Source: Oscillibacter sp.
Lineage (GTDB): Bacteria > Bacillota > Clostridia > Oscillospirales > Oscillospiraceae
Reading direction: 5' to 3'
Assembly (NCBI GenBank): GCA_017469475.1
Contig: JAFUGI010000078.1
Location: 1,912 to 65,911, forward strand
Length of the DNA stretch: 64,000 nucleotides
Shown: piece by piece, positions 9,571 through 19,689 of the stretch
How positions within the stretch are numbered: the first letter of the stretch is position 1
Layout: each line of letters opens with the position of its first letter
Translations under genes and position numbers: made by a program
Notes under the pieces: generated by a model
What the model saw: only the letters and a program-made list of their open reading frames with translations
Database searches by the model: none
Told to the model about the DNA's origin: nothing

Positions 9571-9606
9571 AAAGAGGGCCGGAGCGCATGCGCTCCGGCC
9601 CTCTTT
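9571..9606. terminator. 36-bp perfect palindrome, terminator of the EEP gene
   Basis: AAAGAGGGCCGGAGCGCA/TGCGCTCCGGCCCTCTTT. Confidence 0.75.
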
Positions 9607-9647
9607 GTCCGCTCTTCGCAGGGTTTATGCACGCTTGCCGTCCGGCC

Positions 9648-10685
9648 TCAGCCGTCCAGCCGGCAGGAGGCCCAGATGGCGTTGTGGTCGGACAGCTCCG
9701 CCCCCTGGAAGGATGCCAGGGCGGAGCCGGGCTTGGCGAAGCCGCAGTCCTCCCGGGCGGTGGAGATGGTCCGGCTGGAGGAGGCGGTCAGGCCCCGCAG
9801 CAGCAGCCAGTCCAGCCGCAGGTCCAGGTGACCGCCGCCGGGCAGGGGCTTGCGCCGGGTCAGGATGGGCTTTTGCGGCTCCAGCGTGTAGCCCATGGCC
9901 GTCGCCGCGGGGAGGCACCCCTCCCAGGCGGCCACGTCCTCCAAACAGCGGCGCTGGAGAGCCGGGTCCGCCGCGATCTCACCGATGGCGTCCGTGTCCC
10001 GGCCGTCGAAGGTGTTGGTGTTCAGGTCACCGCCCAGAGCCACCGGCATGTGGGGGAACATCTCCTCCGCCGCACGGAGCACCGTTTCCAGCTGGGCCTG
10101 ACGGCCTGGGCCGTGGGTGCGGTTTTCCAGGTGGATGGTGCCCACCCCCAGGGGCCGGCCGCCCACGTCCAGCTCCGCCAGGATGGCGAGCCGCCCGCCG
10201 ATGCGCCGCTGGCGGTCAAAGTACCAGTTGTACTGCTCCGGCAGGCGCACGATCTGCGCCCGCTTGATGGGAAAACGGGAAAAAATGGCGTTTCCGTGGA
10301 ACCCCTTGGGGTCCGCGCCGTTCACCAGCTCGATGAACTCCAGGCCAAACACGTAGTTCAGCCCCAGCCGCCGGGCAAGCTCCCGGGCGGTGTCCTTCCC
10401 GCCGGAGCGGACGCACCCGTCGTCCAGCTCGTTGGCCAGGATCACGTCAAAGGGCTGCATGCCGGGGCAGGTCTCCAAAAAGTCACCCAGCTCCGCCAGG
10501 TGCACGCCCCGCTCCATGTTGAAAACGCTGATGCCCAGCTCCGCCGGCACGGCGGCCGGAGCGGCGGCGATGTTATAGATCTCCGCCCGGGAGAACTGAG
10601 GGATCATGCCCATGACCTCCGTCTGCGGCGCCGTATCCAGCAGCGCGCCCAGGCGCTGTCGCTCTTCGTTGGGTATCCCGTTCAT
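9648..10685 (-). CDS. Endonuclease/exonuclease/phosphatase (EEP) family metallohydrolase
   Basis: FNMERG, NELD, GNAIFS, IHLE, GDLN, LDW and SDH motifs; AAGGAG RBS before ATG 10685. Confidence 0.85.
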   Translation of the reverse strand: MNGIPNEERQRLGALLDTAPQTEVMGMIPQFSRAEIYNIAAAPAAVPAELGISVFNMERGVHLAELGDFLETCPGMQPFDVILANELDDGCVRSGGKDTARELARRLGLNYVFGLEFIELVNGADPKGFHGNAIFSRFPIKRAQIVRLPEQYNWYFDRQRRIGGRLAILAELDVGGRPLGVGTIHLENRTHGPGRQAQLETVLRAAEEMFPHMPVALGGDLNTNTFDGRDTDAIGEIAADPALQRRCLEDVAAWEGCLPAATAMGYTLEPQKPILTRRKPLPGGGHLDLRLDWLLLRGLTASSSRTISTAREDCGFAKPGSALASFQGAELSDHNAIWASCRLDG

Positions 10686-10805
10686 AAAATTGGCTCCTTT
10701 CAGGGGGGAGGCGCGGCGTCCCCCTCCTGTGGGGGAACGGCACAGTCGGCCTCCCGGGTTTCTCCTTGCCGCCCGCAAAGGGGCGGCCTGCATGGTCGCG
10801 GTCCC

Positions 10806-10834
10806 ATTATACCTGATATGGGAATTTTATTCAA
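10806..10834 (-). promoter_or_regulatory. Sigma70 promoter of EEP gene
   Basis: TTGAAT-17-TATAAT on minus strand. Confidence 0.65.
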
Positions 10835-10975
10835 TCAACTTGTCCTACAAAAAAACAGAATTCCGATTGTGTATCCTGCCGTCCCTCGGCCTCTTGCCAG
10901 ACTTCGGCAGCGGGTGTATACTGGCATCAGCACCGCCGCGCCCTTGCAGCGCCGCCTGCACAAGGAGATGAGAAG

Positions 10976-11866
10976 ATGGACGTCAATCCCTACGCAGTCA
11001 TCCAGTCCCAATACCCCGCCTTTTCCGGGATCATGAAAAAAATCGCCGACTACGTGCTGACGGACTCCGACCAGATCCAGTCTATGAGCGTGCAGCGCCT
11101 GGCCTCCACTCTCTCTGTTGCGGAGTCCAGCATCGTCCGCTTCTGCAAGCTCCTGGGCTTCTCCGGTTTTGCGGAGTTCAAGATGAAGCTGGCCAAGTAC
11201 AGCGCGGGCTTTTCCTCCTCCGTGTACGAGAGCGTATACGATCTGGATTCGGCGGAGCAGATCACGCGGAAGATCTTTGCCCTCAACTGCAAGACGCTGC
11301 AAAAGGCAGTGGAGCTGCTGGACTTCACCAAGGTCGAGGACGGCGCCCGGCTCATCCGCCAGGCGGAGCGGATCATCCTCTGCGGCATCGGCATGTCCGC
11401 CAGCATCGCGGAGAATTTCGCCACCCACCTGATGCGCATTGGCATGATGGCGGACGCCGTGACCGACCCGGAGCTGCTGCTCTTCGTCGCCAACCTCTCC
11501 CGGCCCGGCACGCTGTTCATCGCCGTTTCCAAGTCCGGCACCCAGTCCTCCCTGGTGGACGCCTTCCGCATCGCCCGGGAACGGGGCGCCTGGACCATGT
11601 GCCTGACCTGCTACACCGGTACGCCACTGGAGGCGTGCAGCGACGTGTGCATCCGGCACTATTTCCCGCCGGAGGAGCTGATCTCCACCCGGGTGGTGCA
11701 AAACACCCTGGTGGACTGCCTCATCACTGCCGCCACCATGGACCGGCAGTCGGACGTCATCGACCTGCTGGCCAAAAACCGCCAGGCTAAGGCATCCCTC
11801 CACCTGCGCTACGAGCTGCCCCGTCCGGAGCCCGCTCCCCGGCAGGACGAGGAAGACCCCTCTTGA
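10976..11866 (+). CDS. MurR/RpiR family transcriptional regulator (HTH + SIS)
   Basis: S...LA....V.ESSIVRFCK.LGFSGF.EFK N-terminal motif; SIS domain G.G.S, SKSG. Confidence 0.9.
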   Translation: MDVNPYAVIQSQYPAFSGIMKKIADYVLTDSDQIQSMSVQRLASTLSVAESSIVRFCKLLGFSGFAEFKMKLAKYSAGFSSSVYESVYDLDSAEQITRKIFALNCKTLQKAVELLDFTKVEDGARLIRQAERIILCGIGMSASIAENFATHLMRIGMMADAVTDPELLLFVANLSRPGTLFIAVSKSGTQSSLVDAFRIARERGAWTMCLTCYTGTPLEACSDVCIRHYFPPEELISTRVVQNTLVDCLITAATMDRQSDVIDLLAKNRQAKASLHLRYELPRPEPAPRQDEEDPS

Positions 11867-11868
11867 TA

Positions 11869-11901
11869 AAAAACCGCTGAGGCAAAGCCTCAGCGGTTTT
11901 T
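11869..11901. terminator. Bidirectional intrinsic terminator
   Basis: AAAAACCGCTGAGGC-AAA-GCCTCAGCGGTTTTT between convergent genes. Confidence 0.85.
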
Positions 11902-11919
11902 CTGCGAAGACGGGAGAAC

Positions 11920-13218
11920 TCAGCCCATCATCAGCGTGGGCACGAACATGGAAAGGGGCTTGCAGAAGGTCACCAGCAGCAGCACCAGCACCATCATGGC
12001 GTAGAAGGGCAGGCACGCCTTGGTGGCCTCCTCGATCTTGATGCGGCCGATGGAGCAGCCGGCGAACAGCGCCGCGCCCACCGGAGGCGTGCACAGACCG
12101 ATGGCCAGGTTCAAGATCAGCATGGCACCGAACTGCACCGGCTCCATGCCCATCTGGGTGGCCACAGGCAGCAAAATGGGGGTGAGGATCAGGATCAGGG
12201 GGCCCATGTCCATGATGCAGCCCAGCACCAGGCACATGAAGTTGATGAGAAGCAGGATCACCACCGGGTTATTGGAGATGCTCAAAAGCAGGTTCGTGAC
12301 CATGGTGGGCACCTTCAAATAGGCCAGGAGCCAGCCGAACATGGAGGCGGTGGAGATCAGCGCCATGACCATGGCAATGGTCCGCAGGGCCTTGCGCAGG
12401 ATGTTGCCCATCTGGCGCAGGGGGATCTCCCGGTAGATGAAGAAGGTGACGATGAAGGCGTAGATCACGGCCACGGCCGCGGACTCGGTGGCGGTGAACC
12501 AGCCGAAGATGACGCCGCCCACGATGATGATGCAGGTCATCAGACCCAGGATGGCGTCCTTGAAGGACTTCCAGATCTCCCGGGCGCTCATGAGGCGCCC
12601 CTTGGGATAGTTGCGCTTGTGGGAGATGATGGCGGTCATGATCATCAGCACGATGCCCAGCACGATGCCGGGGATCAGCCCGCCCATGAACAGCTGGCCG
12701 ATGGACACGCCGCCGCCCGCCGCCATGGCGAAGAGGATCATGTTGTGGGAGGGGGGGATCATGACCCCCTGGCAGGAGGAGGTGACGGTGACGGCCACGG
12801 AGAAATCCTTATCGTAGCCGGAGTCCGTCATCATGGGAATGAGGATGGCGCCGATGGAGGAGGTGTCCGCCACAGCGGAGCCGGAGATGCCGCCGAAGAA
12901 CATGGAGGCCAGGATGTTCACCTGGGCAAGGCCGCCCCGCATCCAGCCGACGCAGGCGTTTGCAAAGGTGATGAGCCGGCGGGAGATGCCGCCCTGGCCC
13001 ATGATCTCGCCGGCCAGGATGAAAAAGGGAATGGCCAGCAGGGAAAAGCTCTGGACGCCGTTCACCATGCGCTGGAAGAGGGTGGCCAGCGGGATGTGCA
13101 TATACAGCGCCGCCAGAACGGAGGAGATGCCCAGGGTGAAGGAGATGGGCATGCGCATCATCAGCAGGATCACAAAGGACCCCAGCAGGATGGCAATGGC
13201 GATGGACGTGTCAGGCAT
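11920..13218 (-). CDS. dctM: TRAP transporter large permease (system 2)
   Basis: LLAIPFFILAG, FGGISGSAVAD, IPPSH, TPPVG. Confidence 0.94.
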   Translation of the reverse strand: MPDTSIAIAILLGSFVILLMMRMPISFTLGISSVLAALYMHIPLATLFQRMVNGVQSFSLLAIPFFILAGEIMGQGGISRRLITFANACVGWMRGGLAQVNILASMFFGGISGSAVADTSSIGAILIPMMTDSGYDKDFSVAVTVTSSCQGVMIPPSHNMILFAMAAGGGVSIGQLFMGGLIPGIVLGIVLMIMTAIISHKRNYPKGRLMSAREIWKSFKDAILGLMTCIIIVGGVIFGWFTATESAAVAVIYAFIVTFFIYREIPLRQMGNILRKALRTIAMVMALISTASMFGWLLAYLKVPTMVTNLLLSISNNPVVILLLINFMCLVLGCIMDMGPLILILTPILLPVATQMGMEPVQFGAMLILNLAIGLCTPPVGAALFAGCSIGRIKIEEATKACLPFYAMMVLVLLLVTFCKPLSMFVPTLMMG

Positions 13219-13711
13219 CGGTCTTGTCCTCCTTTTCGCTGATCTTTCCGCTCTGTCCGGCGGCCACCAAAACGGCGTTGAGCAGCACCAGAAGGCCGGA
13301 CAGGGGCAGGATCACGTACAGCACGGCGCTGGGCAGCTTGGTAGCAGGCATGGTGGAGAGCCTGGTGGCGTTCATGATGACCAGGCCGAAGTACACCATG
13401 GTGCCGCCGAAGACGGCGATGAGGATGTGGTCGATGCTCTCCAGCACCCGGATGGCCTTGGAGGGAAGCTTTGCGGTGAACATCTCGATGCTGATGTGGA
13501 TCTTCTCCAGCACGCCGATGGCCATGCCGATGAGGCTGAACCACACCAGCATCAGCGTGGCCACCTCCTGGGTCCAGGGAAAGCCCTGTCTGAAAATGTA
13601 GCGCAGGATCACGTCGATAAACACGATGATGGTCATGGCCACCATGCAGAGCATGGCGAACCACTCCAGTGCCTTAAAGAGGAGGCGGCTGCCCTTGCGC
13701 AGCAGTTCCAT
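13211..13711 (-). CDS. dctQ: TRAP transporter small permease (system 2)
   Basis: RY..W..EV and HI.IE motifs; overlaps dctM start. Confidence 0.9.
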   Translation of the reverse strand: MELLRKGSRLLFKALEWFAMLCMVAMTIIVFIDVILRYIFRQGFPWTQEVATLMLVWFSLIGMAIGVLEKIHISIEMFTAKLPSKAIRVLESIDHILIAVFGGTMVYFGLVIMNATRLSTMPATKLPSAVLYVILPLSGLLVLLNAVLVAAGQSGKISEKEDKTDA

Positions 13712-13820
13712 ATTCTCTCTCCTTTTCTGTGGATTCCCGGCCGCCGCAGCAGCGGGAGGCCGGCGGATTCTCTTTCAAAAAGGGCGGCCGCACCGGCCGC
13801 CCTTTTGCGCATTGTCGGCC

Positions 13821-14885
13821 TCAGCCCAGCGCCTGCACGCGCTCCACGATGGCCTGCTGCTCGGCGTTGAGGAAGGAGTCGTACATGGGGGCCACGGCGT
13901 CCTGGAACGCCTTGAGCTCATCGGAGGTCAGGGTGGTCAGGGTGCAGCCCTTCTCAATGGCGATCTCCGCGTTCTTAGCCTCGGAGGCCTCCCAGGCGTC
14001 CCGGTGCCACACCTCCGCCTCCTTGGCGCTCTCAAAGATGATCTGCTGATCCTCGGCGGAGAGCTTGTCCATGGTCTGCTTGGAGGCCAGGATCATGTCG
14101 GGCATGTAGGAGTGGCCGTCATAGGTCCAGTAGGGAGCAACCTCCCAGAAGGACATCTCGATGTAGGAGGTCATGTTGTTCTCGGCGCCGTCCACCACGC
14201 CGGTCTGGATGGCGGAGTAGGTGTCGTTGAAGGGCAGGCCCACGCCGGCGGCGCCCAGCTGGCTCATGAGGGTCAGCATCAGGTCGGACTCGGACACGCG
14301 GATCTTCATGCCGGCCATGTCGGCGGGGGTGTGGATCTCCTTGACCTTGTTGAAAAAGTTCCGGGAGCCGGGATGGAGATAGGTGATGCCCACCAGGTTG
14401 TTGGCCTGGAAGGTGTCGAAGACCTCCTGGCCGATCTCGCCGTCCAGTACCTCAAAGAGGTGGTCCACGCTGGTGTACTCATAGGGCATCTGGAGGGCGT
14501 TCATCAGCGGGGCGAACTCGGCGGAGGCGCCGGAGGACACGCGGGTGAAGTCCAGACCGCCGAACTGGCACTGCTCGATGGTGGAGCGCTCGTCGCCCAG
14601 CTCACCGGCGAAGTGGCACTCGATGGTGATGCGGCCGTCGGTCTTCTCGTTCACCAGGTCCGCGAACATCTGGCAGGCCTGGGAGGTGATGTGCTCGGCG
14701 TTGTGGCTGTTGGCCAGGCGCAGCACCACGGTCTCGGTGTTGGCAGGGGTGGTGGACTCAGTGGGAGTAGCGGTCTCGGCAGGGGTGGTGCTGGGGGTGG
14801 TGGTGCTGGGGGCAGTGGTGCCGCCGCAGCCGGCGCAGGCCAGCAGGGTGCCGGCCGCCAGCAGGGACGCAAGAAGCTTCTTCAT
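13821..14885 (-). CDS. dctP: TRAP transporter substrate-binding lipoprotein (system 2)
   Basis: Lipobox, Thr/Pro linker, G.LGDE, KIRV, YSAIQTGVVDGAENN. Confidence 0.92.
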   Translation of the reverse strand: MKKLLASLLAAGTLLACAGCGGTTAPSTTTPSTTPAETATPTESTTPANTETVVLRLANSHNAEHITSQACQMFADLVNEKTDGRITIECHFAGELGDERSTIEQCQFGGLDFTRVSSGASAEFAPLMNALQMPYEYTSVDHLFEVLDGEIGQEVFDTFQANNLVGITYLHPGSRNFFNKVKEIHTPADMAGMKIRVSESDLMLTLMSQLGAAGVGLPFNDTYSAIQTGVVDGAENNMTSYIEMSFWEVAPYWTYDGHSYMPDMILASKQTMDKLSAEDQQIIFESAKEAEVWHRDAWEASEAKNAEIAIEKGCTLTTLTSDELKAFQDAVAPMYDSFLNAEQQAIVERVQALG

Positions 14886-15049
14886 GTTCGTTCCTCCATA
14901 TCGATTTTTTGCGGGACGCGGTGTCCCGGTCGTCCTGTACTTCTATTTTAGAAAAAAGCAAAAAGCAAAGAAATCGTAAAGTTTTGCGGTTCTCCTGTTC
15001 ATTTTTTATTTCCCGTCGAAAAATATGCCTCAAATTTGTGCAAAAAGGC

Positions 15050-15089
15050 AAAACCATGCCCGGACTTCTCGAAGTCCGGGCATGGTTTT
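15050..15089. terminator. 18-bp perfect inverted repeat terminating the response regulator gene
   Basis: AAAACCATGCCCGGACTT-CTCG-AAGTCCGGGCATGGTTTT. Confidence 0.8.
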
Positions 15090-15102
15090 CGGTGCGGAGC
15101 GG

Positions 15103-15822
15103 TCACTCCTTCCCCTCCCGGCTGCGGCTGCGGTAAACGGAAGGAGTGAAGCCGGTGGCGCGCTTGAAGACCTTGGTAAAGTAGTTGGGGTCCGGGTAGC
15201 CGATGGAGCGGCCTACCTCGCTGACCGGAAGATCGGTGGAGGTCAGGCGCTGGCAGGCCTTTTCGATGCGGTAGGCGGACACGTATTCCAGGTACGTCTT
15301 TCCCGTGGCGGCCTTCACCTGGCGGGAGAAGTAAAAGGGGCTCATGTCCATGCTTTGGGCGGCGTCCTCCAGGGACACATCCTGGGTGTAGTGCTGGCGG
15401 ACCCAGAGGCGGAAGGAGGTGGCGAAGGGGCTCTCCTCCCGGGGCGCCTCCGGCACGGCGCCTAAAAACCGCTGCAGCATCTCCCGCAGGTCCGCCTCCG
15501 ACGCGGGCTTGAGAAGATACTCCTCCCCGCCGGAGCGCAGGGCGCCCACGGCGTAGTCGAACCGGTCATAGGCCGTGAGAAAGACCACGTGGGTCTGGGG
15601 CAGGTGCCGCTTGATGACCGCCGTGGCCTCCACCCCGGTGCGAAAGGGCATCTCCACGTCCATCAAGATCAGCTGGGGCTGGATCTGCAGCGCCTTGGCC
15701 ACGGCGTCGTTTCCGTCCGCCGCGGTCTCGATGAGGGCCTCCTCCCCCAGGATTCCCCGCAGGCGGGAGGCCAGGGCCTCCCGGCTCTTGGCCTCATCCT
15801 CCGCGATGAGGAGCTTGGTCAT
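15103..15822 (-). CDS. Response regulator, receiver + AraC HTH (YesN-like)
   Basis: IAEDE, LMDVEMP, FLTAY receiver motifs; C-terminal AraC YF.KVFK..TG.TP. Confidence 0.92.
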   Translation of the reverse strand: MTKLLIAEDEAKSREALASRLRGILGEEALIETAADGNDAVAKALQIQPQLILMDVEMPFRTGVEATAVIKRHLPQTHVVFLTAYDRFDYAVGALRSGGEEYLLKPASEADLREMLQRFLGAVPEAPREESPFATSFRLWVRQHYTQDVSLEDAAQSMDMSPFYFSRQVKAATGKTYLEYVSAYRIEKACQRLTSTDLPVSEVGRSIGYPDPNYFTKVFKRATGFTPSVYRSRSREGKE

Positions 15823-17273
15823 GACTGCGCCTCCTTTACCGTGATGCGGGCCACAGTGCCGATGCCGGGCCTGCTGAATACGTCCAGTCGCCCGCCGCTG
15901 AGGGCCATGCGCTGGGCGATGTTGTCCAGTCCCACGGAGCGGTGCTCCTGCCGGGGAGGCAGGGCCGCCGGGTCGAAGCCGCAGCCGTTGTCCGTCACCG
16001 TGACCACGGTGCCGCCCTGCCGCCGGCGCCGGACCCGCACCCGGATGTGGCCCCCCTCCGGACAGGAGCGGAGCCCGTGGAGGATGGCGTTTTCCACCAG
16101 GGGCTGCAAAATGAACTTGGGCACCACCACTCCCTCCAGGGCCGGGTCGGAGCAGATCTCCATGGAGATGCGCTCGCCGTACCGGGTCTCCTGAAGCTCC
16201 ATGTAGTCCCGGAGGAGCTGGATCTCCCGGCCCAGGGTCACCAGCTTTTCGTCGCTTTCCAGGGAGTAGCGGAAAAAGCTGGACAGGCGCAGGATCAGGT
16301 CCTCCGACAGCGGGGCCTGCTCCTCCCGGGCCAGGGCCGCGATGGTGCTGAGGGTGTTGAAGAGAAAGTGGGGGTTGATCTGGCTTTGGAGCTGGGCGAA
16401 GCGTCCCTCCTCCAGCATCTGCTGCATCCGGGCGGCCTCCGCCTCCTTTTTCAGAAGGCTCTTCTCCATCTCCGCCTGGCGCTCCCGGGCCCGGAAGGTG
16501 CGGCGGATCTCCCGCTGCATCAGGTTGAAGGACCGGGCGGTGCGGCCCAACTCGTCCTTTCCCCGCACCGCCAGGGGCGGCGCGTCATACTGCCCGGTGC
16601 CGATGATGTCCGCCGCACGGCCCAGGTCCGTCAGGGGGCGGATGAAGCTGCGGGTGAAGAGCATCAGCAGCAGCGCCAGCACCACCATGGACAGCACCAG
16701 CAGCCCGGAAAGCTCCCGGGTGTGACGAGAGTTGGCGCTCTCGATCTCCCGCCACTGCTGCTCGCCCTGGGCCATGCGGGTGTCCAGCAGCTCCCGGGCG
16801 TAGCCGTCGATATAGGAGGACTGGGTCTTGAGGGACAGATACCGGGCGATGAGGTCCCCCTCCTGCCGGGAGAGCATGGTCTCCTGTGAGGTGCGGTAAT
16901 ACTCCATGGCATTTTGGATGGCCCGCTTGAGCACGTACTCCGCCCGCTGGTCCGTCTGCCAGCTGGGCCGCAGGCGGAGCAGGGTCCTGTCCGTCAGGCG
17001 GATGGCCTCCCGATAGGCGTCCTCCGCCTCCGACAGGGCGTTGGGGCGGATATACTCCTCCAGACAGACGATCTCCGCGGAAAAGGCGTCCAGAAACTCC
17101 GTGATGTCCATGTAATCGTCCATGATGATGGCAGAGGCACGGGTGAAGCCGTGAAGCTGGATCATGGCCGCGCCCACCGCCACCCAGGCCGCCGCCAGCA
17201 CGCCGACCATCAGCAGGATGTATTTGATCTTGATGGAGAGGTTGTGCCACCCCTGCCCCAGCCGCTTCAACAC
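15819..17273 (-). CDS. Sensor histidine kinase, HAMP + His_kinase (YesM/LytS-like)
   Basis: LQSQINPHFLFNTL, ILQPLVENAILHG, DNG.G; start placed at GTG after AAGGGGG RBS (start uncertain). Confidence 0.88.
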   Translation of the reverse strand: MLKRLGQGWHNLSIKIKYILLMVGVLAAAWVAVGAAMIQLHGFTRASAIIMDDYMDITEFLDAFSAEIVCLEEYIRPNALSEAEDAYREAIRLTDRTLLRLRPSWQTDQRAEYVLKRAIQNAMEYYRTSQETMLSRQEGDLIARYLSLKTQSSYIDGYARELLDTRMAQGEQQWREIESANSRHTRELSGLLVLSMVVLALLLMLFTRSFIRPLTDLGRAADIIGTGQYDAPPLAVRGKDELGRTARSFNLMQREIRRTFRARERQAEMEKSLLKKEAEAARMQQMLEEGRFAQLQSQINPHFLFNTLSTIAALAREEQAPLSEDLILRLSSFFRYSLESDEKLVTLGREIQLLRDYMELQETRYGERISMEICSDPALEGVVVPKFILQPLVENAILHGLRSCPEGGHIRVRVRRRRQGGTVVTVTDNGCGFDPAALPPRQEHRSVGLDNIAQRMALSGGRLDVFSRPGIGTVARITVKEAQS

Positions 17274-17489
17274 CCGCGTGTCCCCCTTCGTTTTTCCCCA
17301 GTGTATACCCAAAGCGGAGTCTCCGTCAATGAAAAAGCGGGAAAGGCCCCTCCGGCGGTACCAAAGGGGCCTTGCGCCGTGCCTGCCGGCGCATTCAAAA
17401 AAGCAAAGACGCCCCCCAATGGGGACGCCTTCGCTTTTTGCTGATGCAGGCATAGACTCCGGTGGAAAAGTCAAGCCCCTCTGAAGGCC

Positions 17490-18665
17490 TCACACCCGGG
17501 CGACGCCGCTTTCATACGCGGCCTGGCGGACGGCAGAGGCCACCGCGTCCTTCACCCGGGGATCGAAGGCGGCGGGGATGATGTAGTCCGCGGACAGCTC
17601 CTCCTCCGAGATGAGCCCCGCCAGGGCCTGAGCGGCGGCCAGCTTCATGGCGTCGTTGATGTCGCTGGCCCGGGCGTCCAGCGCCCCCCGGAAGATGCCC
17701 GGGAAGGCCAGAACGTTGTTGATCTGGTTGGGATAGTCGCTGCGGCCGGTGGCCACCACCGCCGCGCCGCCGGCCTTGGCCTCGTCGGGGAAGATCTCCG
17801 GCGTGGGGTTGGCGCAGGCGAAGATGACGGCGTCCTTAGCCATGGTGCCCACCATGGCGGGCGTAACCATGCCCGGAGCGGAGACGCCGATGAAAACGTC
17901 CGCCCCGGCCAGCACGTCCGCAAGGGTCCCGACGCGCCGGGCCGGATTGGTCAAAAGCGCCATTTCCTCCTTGATGGGGTTCATTCCCTCCGTGCGGCCG
18001 GCGTAAATGGCGCCCTTCCGGTCGCAGAGGGTCACGTCCCTCGCCCCGGCGGAGAGCAGCAGGCGGGTGATGGCGATGGCCGCGGCGCCGGCGCCGTTGA
18101 TGACGATGCGCACCGCCTCCAGCTTCTTGCCCACCACCTTCAGCGCGTTGGTGAGCCCCGCCAGAGTGATGACGGCGGTGCCGTGCTGGTCATCGTGGAA
18201 GATGGGGATGTCGCACCGCTCCTTGAGCTTCTGCTCGATGGCAAAGCACCGGGGGGCGGCGATGTCCTCCAGATTCACGCCGCCGAAGGACCCGGCCAGG
18301 AGCGCCACCGTGTTCACGATCTCGTCCACATCCTTGCTGCGGATGCAAAGGGGGATAGCGTCCACGCCGCCGAAGGCCTTGAAGAGGACGCACTTGCCCT
18401 CCATCACCGGCATACCGGCCTCGGGACCGATGTCTCCCAGGCCCAGAACAGCGGTGCCGTCCGTCACCACGGCCACGGTGTTCCACCGGCGGGTCAGCTC
18501 ATAGCTCTTATCCACGTCCTTCTGGATCTCCAGGCAGGGCTGGGCCACTCCCGGCGTGTAGGCCAGGGAGAGGGCCTCCTTGCTGTCCACGGCGGCCCGG
18601 GGCGTCACCTCCAGCTTTCCGCGCCACTCGTAGTGCAGCCGCAGGGATTCCTTTGCGTAGTCCAT
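17490..18665 (-). CDS. NAD(P)-dependent malic enzyme
   Basis: AYTPGVA, VTDGTAVLGLGDIG, PVMEGK, FHDDQHGTA, GAGAA, ANP.PEI, QINN. Confidence 0.95.
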   Translation of the reverse strand: MDYAKESLRLHYEWRGKLEVTPRAAVDSKEALSLAYTPGVAQPCLEIQKDVDKSYELTRRWNTVAVVTDGTAVLGLGDIGPEAGMPVMEGKCVLFKAFGGVDAIPLCIRSKDVDEIVNTVALLAGSFGGVNLEDIAAPRCFAIEQKLKERCDIPIFHDDQHGTAVITLAGLTNALKVVGKKLEAVRIVINGAGAAAIAITRLLLSAGARDVTLCDRKGAIYAGRTEGMNPIKEEMALLTNPARRVGTLADVLAGADVFIGVSAPGMVTPAMVGTMAKDAVIFACANPTPEIFPDEAKAGGAAVVATGRSDYPNQINNVLAFPGIFRGALDARASDINDAMKLAAAQALAGLISEEELSADYIIPAAFDPRVKDAVASAVRQAAYESGVARV

Positions 18666-18724
18666 AATCGTACCTCTTCTCTCCGCCCCTTTCGGGCGGT
18701 AATTTTGTAAGCTCGACCGGCCCG

Positions 18725-19618
18725 TCACGGCCGGTCCGCCGCCTTGCCCTCCCCCGTCATGCTCTGGCGGTAGCGCCGAGGCGGCATCCCCACGTGACGG
18801 GTGAATTGCAGGTCAAAATAACTCTGCGTCTCGTACCCAACCAGCTCCGCGATGCGGCCCACGGGCAGTTCTGTCTCCAGCAGCAGCGTCTGGGCCTCCC
18901 CGATACGACGGCGGGTGAGATACTGCATGGGCGCATAGCCAAACGTCCGCTTGAAGACATGGGAGAGATAGCCGGGGCTGATGCGCAAGTCGTCCGCAAT
19001 GCTCTGCAGGGTCAGGGGCCTTGCATACTGCACGTCCAGATATCGCTTGATTCGAAGGCCCAGCTGGTCCGAGCGGGGAAGGTCCTCCTCCCGCCGCTCC
19101 CCGATGACCGCCAAAACGGTCGCAAGCAGGGATAGCGTCAGATACCCGCAGGCGGCTCCTGCTTGCGCATCCCGGCCGTCCAGACCCTGGTAGATCAGGT
19201 CGAAGAGCGTCCACAGGCGGGAAAACCGCTCCCCGGCGGGAAAGAGACACCCCGCCTCCGGCGGCGCCAGGGCATTTTCCCCCAGGCCGGGAAGCTGGAG
19301 CCCCGTCACCGCCACGCAGTACCAGCTCAGGGCGCTTTGGGGGTCTGCGATCTCGTCATGCACCACGCCGGCGTTGTAGATCAGAAGGCTCCCGGCGCAT
19401 ATCGTCTGCCGCTGGTCGTCCAGCAGAAATTCTCCGCTGCCGCTGACCACCAAAATGACCTCCGCCAGGTCCCGATGGGAGTGCATGGCTCGGGGATGGG
19501 GCAGGACCGAGTCCGGCGTGATGCGGCTGGCATAGACCAGGCGGGGTGGATGGGCCCCATTGAAGGGAAACAGGTCGTCCTGCCGGGCAAAGCGCTGTGT
19601 GTTGTTGGCCGCAGGCAT
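18725..19618 (-). CDS. AraC family regulator with cupin-type sensing domain
   Basis: HSH..L.E cupin motif; YLSH.FK..G..P..Y HTH; GAGGGGA RBS. Confidence 0.9.
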   Translation of the reverse strand: MPAANNTQRFARQDDLFPFNGAHPPRLVYASRITPDSVLPHPRAMHSHRDLAEVILVVSGSGEFLLDDQRQTICAGSLLIYNAGVVHDEIADPQSALSWYCVAVTGLQLPGLGENALAPPEAGCLFPAGERFSRLWTLFDLIYQGLDGRDAQAGAACGYLTLSLLATVLAVIGERREEDLPRSDQLGLRIKRYLDVQYARPLTLQSIADDLRISPGYLSHVFKRTFGYAPMQYLTRRRIGEAQTLLLETELPVGRIAELVGYETQSYFDLQFTRHVGMPPRRYRQSMTGEGKAADRP

Positions 19619-19661
19619 GGTGTCCCCTCCCCTCAAACCGCCGGCCGACCCGGCAGGCCTT

Positions 19662-19689
19662 GTTCGCGTTTATGATACCACAGTTTTCC
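19662..19689 (-). promoter_or_regulatory. 28-nt motif (extended -10 TGGTATCAT) shared with the ftsH upstream repeats
   Basis: GGAAAACTGTGGTATCATAAACGCGAAC on minus strand vs GGAAAATTTGTGGTATCATAAACGCAAAC at 25181. Confidence 0.55.
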
